NCBI GenBank assembly: GCA_051530055.1
Contig: CM121341.1
Span: 17,462,784-17,526,783, forward strand
DNA from: Neoechinorhynchus agilis
Lineage: Eukaryota > Animalia > Acanthocephala
Direction: 5' to 3'
Length of the DNA stretch: 64,000 nucleotides
Shown here: positions 59,182-64,000 of the stretch, in pieces
Position numbering within the stretch: position 1 is the first letter of the stretch
How the letters are laid out: every line of letters begins with the position of its first letter
The notes under the pieces: generated by a model
Told to the model about the DNA's origin: nothing
The model's input: only the letters and a program-made list of their open reading frames with translations
Database searches by the model: none
Program-made: the position numbers and the translations under genes

Positions 59182-59900
59182 ATGTCAACGATTCCACCGC
59201 CATCCCCTCGCTCCACTTGAGACTTAACCATCTCACCAAACCACGATTCGCCGCATGTCGAACCGCCCAAGCCCGAAGCTGCTGACGCCGGCCCCTAGAC
59301 GTGCCACCTGTTAATCACGAGAAGACCGACGCTGCAAATTCACAAAATCAACTTTGGTCCGAACAACCTGCAGAGAGCAAGCGGCAAACGGAAATTTCAA
59401 GTACTCTAGGAGGTGAGGCCAATGCTGCCCGATATGCGAGGGTCTCAACACATAATTGCGCGGTCTGTGACAAGCAGATCAAAATTACGACAGGGGGAGA
59501 ATTTTGGACTTACGGCCCAAGGGATTCCCGATGTATTGGTTTCGGCCTTCTGCTGGCAAGTTCTGCTCTTCAGCTCAATGAACCTCATCAGAACATCCAC
59601 AACATCGTACATTGCACCCCTTCGTTGCTGGAGATCGTGCGCTGCCCAGAAACATCCTGAAGCGGATCCCGAGGAGCGCTCGATTTCAGGTAGCGAAGAG
59701 GTATTCAGCCCTGCTGAACGACTGTCTCGAGACAAATACCGAAATATTTTGGACACGCCCTTTCGCATTTCCGAGACTGGTACTTTGTGCTGGAGTACCA
59801 TCTGACGAGTCCCTTGTTACCCTCATCAAAAATAGGGTGTCCTCCTTCGACAACTCGTTTGGAGAGGTCCTACGCAAAGCTCGCGTTTTTAGATCGATCT
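59182..59900 (+). mobile_element. CRE-clade 5' fragment
   Basis: MSTIPPPSPR start, CAVCDKQIKITTGG..YGPRDSRC finger, ALPRNILKRIPRSARFQVAK..FAFPRLVL. Confidence 0.8.
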
Positions 59901-60129
59901 CAGCATGAATGTGGTTGTAATGGAAAAGTTCTGGATGACAAGAATTAGTTCGCATATTCCGGAGATGTAATCGGGAGTTCGCATAGCCGCCATTTTGTTA
60001 CCAGCTTTCTTTCATGAGTCGAACCACTTTCCCGATGATCTGCATATAAAAAAGATGAGTGTGGAGTGAGCGAGAAGGACTAACCGGGTGCTGATACCAA
60101 GTGGCTTCAATGGTTGGTCTGAGTTTCTT

Positions 60130-60940
60130 CGCAGTGCATTAACTGATAAGACCATTTCTTAGAATAGCTGAGAAGTGGAAGGCGATGAATTCTAAATCGG
60201 GGCTTTGCCGAGAGCCTATAAAAGATGGAAGGTAGGGTAGTGATTGTCGTACGAAAATTGAGACACTCCCTCCTGGATGATCTTCGCGGTATATATGGAA
60301 AGAAGAGTTCTTGGGAAGGATGACTGGGTTGCTGTTGATGGGGTAAGCCATGTTTATGTTAATATGATTATGTCAACTTTTGATTTAGATGAAACGAGTA
60401 AAATTTCATCTAGTTTAAGAGGGAGGCTTCGGGTGTTTGAGTTGATTACGATGGGGAAGGGAATTTTGGATTTGGGTGCATTTGATGGTGGAAATGAAAG
60501 CGATTGAGGTTGCTTTGGTCGTCATGAGTGATAAATTAAGGGAGGAAGCGATACAAGTTGTCGATCTACAAGAATTAATTATCTCAAAGAGAGAAGTCCA
60601 GGAGTGAGTCGAAAATTTGTGTTGGAACGATGATTGACAGTGTAAGGAACGAACTTTGATTTGAGAATTGGTGTGAATCAGCCACATTTGTGTAGGGGCT
60701 GAGTTATAATTTTTTACTTGTTTTGGGAGAAAGAGGGTGTTTAATGTGGAAGGACGATGTGATTATCGAGTTCGCGAAGGAAACATTTAGAGGAAGATGA
60801 GTAAGTGTCGATGTTAGTGAATACTTTGTCGAGGTGAGCGTCAAGATGTGTTGGGAAGTCAGTTAGTTGACGCAACTCTGAAACGGTTGACAGAGGAAAT
60901 AGCTCATTGAAGTCCCCTGCATTTATAAGAGGCTCACTTC
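60130..60940 (-). mobile_element. CR1/L2-type LINE APE fragments
   Basis: INAGDFN..LRQLTDFPT..LDKVFTN..DNH at ~60930-60740, and NTRSLPLKLDE..VDIIILT*TWL plus DLEFIAFHF at ~60450-60150. Confidence 0.7.
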
Positions 60941-62019
60941 AACTGAGAGTAGCACTCAAATTTCCGTCTGTAGGGATTGTACACCTAATTGTGGCAGGGT
61001 TTTGTTGTTGATGGTTGCTGTCGTTTAATAATACGAGGGCCTTGTTTAAAATATAAAGACTGAACGTGAGTTCCATACTTGGGTTGTCTCGGCGGCCTCG
61101 GTAGTCTTCTCATGCTTTCGCAACATTTGCCCAATAAAGTTTGAGGATTTAAAGGATTGCATTTTCTCTCGTCATGTCCGTGTTCACATGTTGTCTCTTC
61201 GCCGTGCTCACATACAAGATTTTTGCTTTATATAGTGTAGATAATTAATTTTTCGTAATGATAAAGAAATATAGATGGTTTCGTATGGGCGACGTATAAT
61301 GACGAAATATTGCAAATTTTGGCATAACTATGCAGTTTCAGCACTATTTGCCCACTTTAAAATTGGGAACTATTATTTCATTTATTTCCTCTTCTCGCGA
61401 ATCCCACTTCTTTTAGTGTTGGGAGAAAGAATGCGAACAAATTTTCGGTGTTCGTCAATAACGGGTAAACTTGCGGTTCCCTCTGAACTATTTTAGTGCT
61501 CAACAAAATTATTTCTTATTATAATGCTCAAATAAGTTAACTATCCCATGGCCATCACCATAAGTCCCATTTTTGTTTCCTTCCTGGTAGATTCAGTTTG
61601 CGCTGTAGTTTCTCTTATTACAGGTGAAACAAGAAAATGATAACGAAGCAATGATGGACGAGGTGAAGGAAAAATTGAAGATGAGAGCTAAGATTATTCG
61701 CCGAAGAAGATGGAGATTTTAAGGTTTACGCTCCTGTACTGGGACAGCGTATGGAATGGCAGCGGGTGACAATAAGTCTTATTAGCATTTCGTCAATCAA
61801 CAAAAGTACTAACGCGGGAAAATCTAAAAATGTAACTTGGGACCGGATATTGGAATCGACGGAAAAGCTATTTGGTTTATTTGAACATGAGGTAACCGTT
61901 AGATACAAATGTGGAACAATTAAACTGAAGATCGAGCGATCATGTGCTGATTGTCTTTTGGTAATTTTGCAACACTGGATTTAAATTCACTAATGATATT
62001 TATTGTAAATGTCATGAAA

Positions 62020-62650
62020 TCATTCACACCACCGCTCTGGATCACTCAGCTGCCGTCCTGGTGTAACGGTCGAAAGGACGGATGCAGTGTTCCCTCGTTG
62101 CACAGCCAGACTTTTGTTTTGTCCTGATCTCGGATCGCCAATGATTCGTCTCAATCTCTTAGACAATTACTTGACCAGGTGCTTCGCCGCCGTAGCAAAC
62201 AACCCGAGCGTCAATGATTTCGACCCAGGTCCCTGTATTTTGTCCTTTTGCGTTCCTCAGCGGCAGTTGCTTCTCCCACTGGTTTAATGGTGGCGAATTC
62301 TATGTTGCTGACTGCGAGCGTGCCCACGAACGTGGCGTCCCAGAGAAGGCATTTTCCTTCTCGCGGCGGGGATCTACGGCCATCGAGTCGGCAAAGAATG
62401 ACCGGCTCTAGGATGTTGAGCGCATTAACTGTATTCAGTTCACGGGCTAAGGCCATCAGACGAGACCATGGCGTCCCGATGGTTCCACGGTCTGGGATGT
62501 GCACATCGGTACCCCAAGTCTCAGGGACACTGCAATCCTTACTGTCTCGTCGGAGAGAAGGATACCCGCAGAAGCGAATGGGATAGCGCTGAGCCAAGCA
62601 GCCCATTCTCTTGTGGAGACTGCCGCCAATCGAGTTCGGTTCACCCAGAT
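62020..62650 (-). mobile_element. CRE-clade 3' fragment
   Basis: RLAAVSTREWAAWLSAIP..VRIAVSLRLG, LEPVILCRLDG, LLWDATFVGT, EERKRTKY; same 3' end (cggtggtgtgaatg) as the 36780 copy. Confidence 0.85.
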
Positions 62651-62849
62651 AATTCCGACATTATCAAGGTTTTTCATTCTTTGTAAGTTTTTTATACTGT
62701 CGCTTTCACAAGTTGAAAAACTTACAAGCAATGGCAAACCTTGGAGAAATGTCGGAATTATCCAACGAAATATCAGAAATAAATTGGTGAATTTAAATCT
62801 GTGATAGTAAAACTAAGAAAAAGAAAGTTTCGTTTACCCCGATGCTAAT

Positions 62850-63035
62850 TGATTCGCTGAACTGAAGGCTGCCGCAATATTGGAAAGGTTGAAAGATCAC
62901 GTAGTGCTGAATACACCCCACGAAGTGCGAAGGACAACCGTTCAGCCAGAAAATCTGACATTTGAGGCGCTTCAGGGGATAGCAATTAAGCACGAAGAAA
63001 CAACAAAAGCGTACCAGGAAGGAAACAAAATATGA
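62850..63035 (+). other. Possible retroelement gag-like fragment
   Basis: Open frame LKDHVVLNTPHEVRRTTVQPENLTFEALQGIAIKHE loosely resembles gypsy gag LRD..V....LTF..A..IA..E. Confidence 0.3.
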
Positions 63036-63066
63036 CACCATCAAAAATAATAAATCTTTGTTGTAC

Positions 63067-63462
63067 CATTGAACCAGGATGCAAGCGTGAAACATGTTGG
63101 ATTTCTTCCTTTAAATTCGCCCCTAAGGGTGAATTTTATCACAATTATTTCTTTCTCTTTGCTCGTTCATACAGAAAAGGATTCGGCGAAACATTCCTTT
63201 TCTCTGGTAGATACCCCTTGAAAGCCTTCACTGAATGTGTTTCGGTCAAGTCATCTGTTAAAGCCACTTTTAACTTCGTTTGCATTATCTTAATAGCAGG
63301 CACTTTATGGCGATTTTCGTCCGTATATGAACCTATACAAGTTATCTGATGAACATCCTTAACACTGGATCGGACTTGTTCGGCACAAGCGACCGCTCTA
63401 CCAACCAGCGAATCAACAGCTAACCAGATTAATACTTTTTCGTCCTCTTCTAGCTTCCGCAT
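63067..63462 (-). CDS. Exons of an unidentified spliced gene (partial)
   Basis: ORF 63462-63173 joins in frame across a 50-bp A-rich GT..AG intron (63172-63123, same style as GMDS) to give ...SPNPFLGEFKGRNPTCFTLASWFN, followed by another GT donor. Confidence 0.45.
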
Positions 63463-64000
63463 TGCATATTTTATTGCGGCGAATTGCGTACGTGAAGACT
63501 TTGGACTAAATTCACCGCTCTACAAGATTAGTCGCTTTACTCGATTTCCTCAAAGAAAGGGTTTCAACGTCATTTGCCTTATGATCCGGAAATTGACTGA
63601 GCCATTTAAATGTCCTCATTCTGAAACTGAAGAAAACACAACTTAATAAAATATTAACGATTTCTGAACCATTTCAAATGGTAACGAAAATCCTAGAGCA
63701 GAAAATTTAAATGTAAATCGTAAATTCTTTAATGTTTACTGACAAGCCGCTTATATCTACTCGGGTTATTTTCCTTTTTAAGCATACAACCAAGCCGATC
63801 TCTTGCATCAGAGTAGTTGAACCGAGGTATCCGAGGATCCGGAGAAATGTACAAAACTCGTAACCGCATGCATCAGAGTCTAAGTGATCCAAGCATAGAA
63901 AAAAAATTAACCGTTAATCTTTAATATTTAAAGGAATTCGCTACCGATGAACAATTTTTAGTTATTTCATGAACTGTTAGATTTTGAAGTTCATAGAAAA

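Noticed and set aside
33000-62700. Spliced-leader RNA genes or telomeric repeats as CRE target sites
   Set aside because: No tandem SL-like unit and no (TTAGGG)n or (TTAGG)n tract seen at any CRE junction.

Overview
This is AT-rich eukaryotic nuclear DNA, almost certainly animal, and most of it is repeat or transposon. No prokaryotic features, CRISPR arrays, rRNA or tRNA were seen. From left to right: an RTE-X-like LINE (APE + RT); a ~13.2-kb array of a ~190-bp satellite with higher-order structure; a complete 10-exon GDP-mannose 4,6-dehydratase gene (GMDS) and a THOC5-like gene, both with unusually short (39-52 bp), mostly A-rich introns; a TTAA-flanked 6.6-kb TIR element whose interior is the same 190-bp satellite, with a Tigger derivative, an LTR-less Ty3/gypsy body and a hammerhead-like mini-insert nested inside it; about a dozen CRE-clade (restriction-like endonuclease) retrotransposon pieces, one nearly full length; two copies of a furin/kexin-like gene that lacks the catalytic His and the prodomain and is split by an insert bounded by a palindromic direct repeat; a Penelope element with inverted terminal repeats; an MRPS2 3' exon; and a 662-aa signal-peptide LRR protein. 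All motif calls, exon joins, counts and identities were made by eye, with no database search. TE fragment boundaries are approximate (tens of bp). The organism could not be identified.
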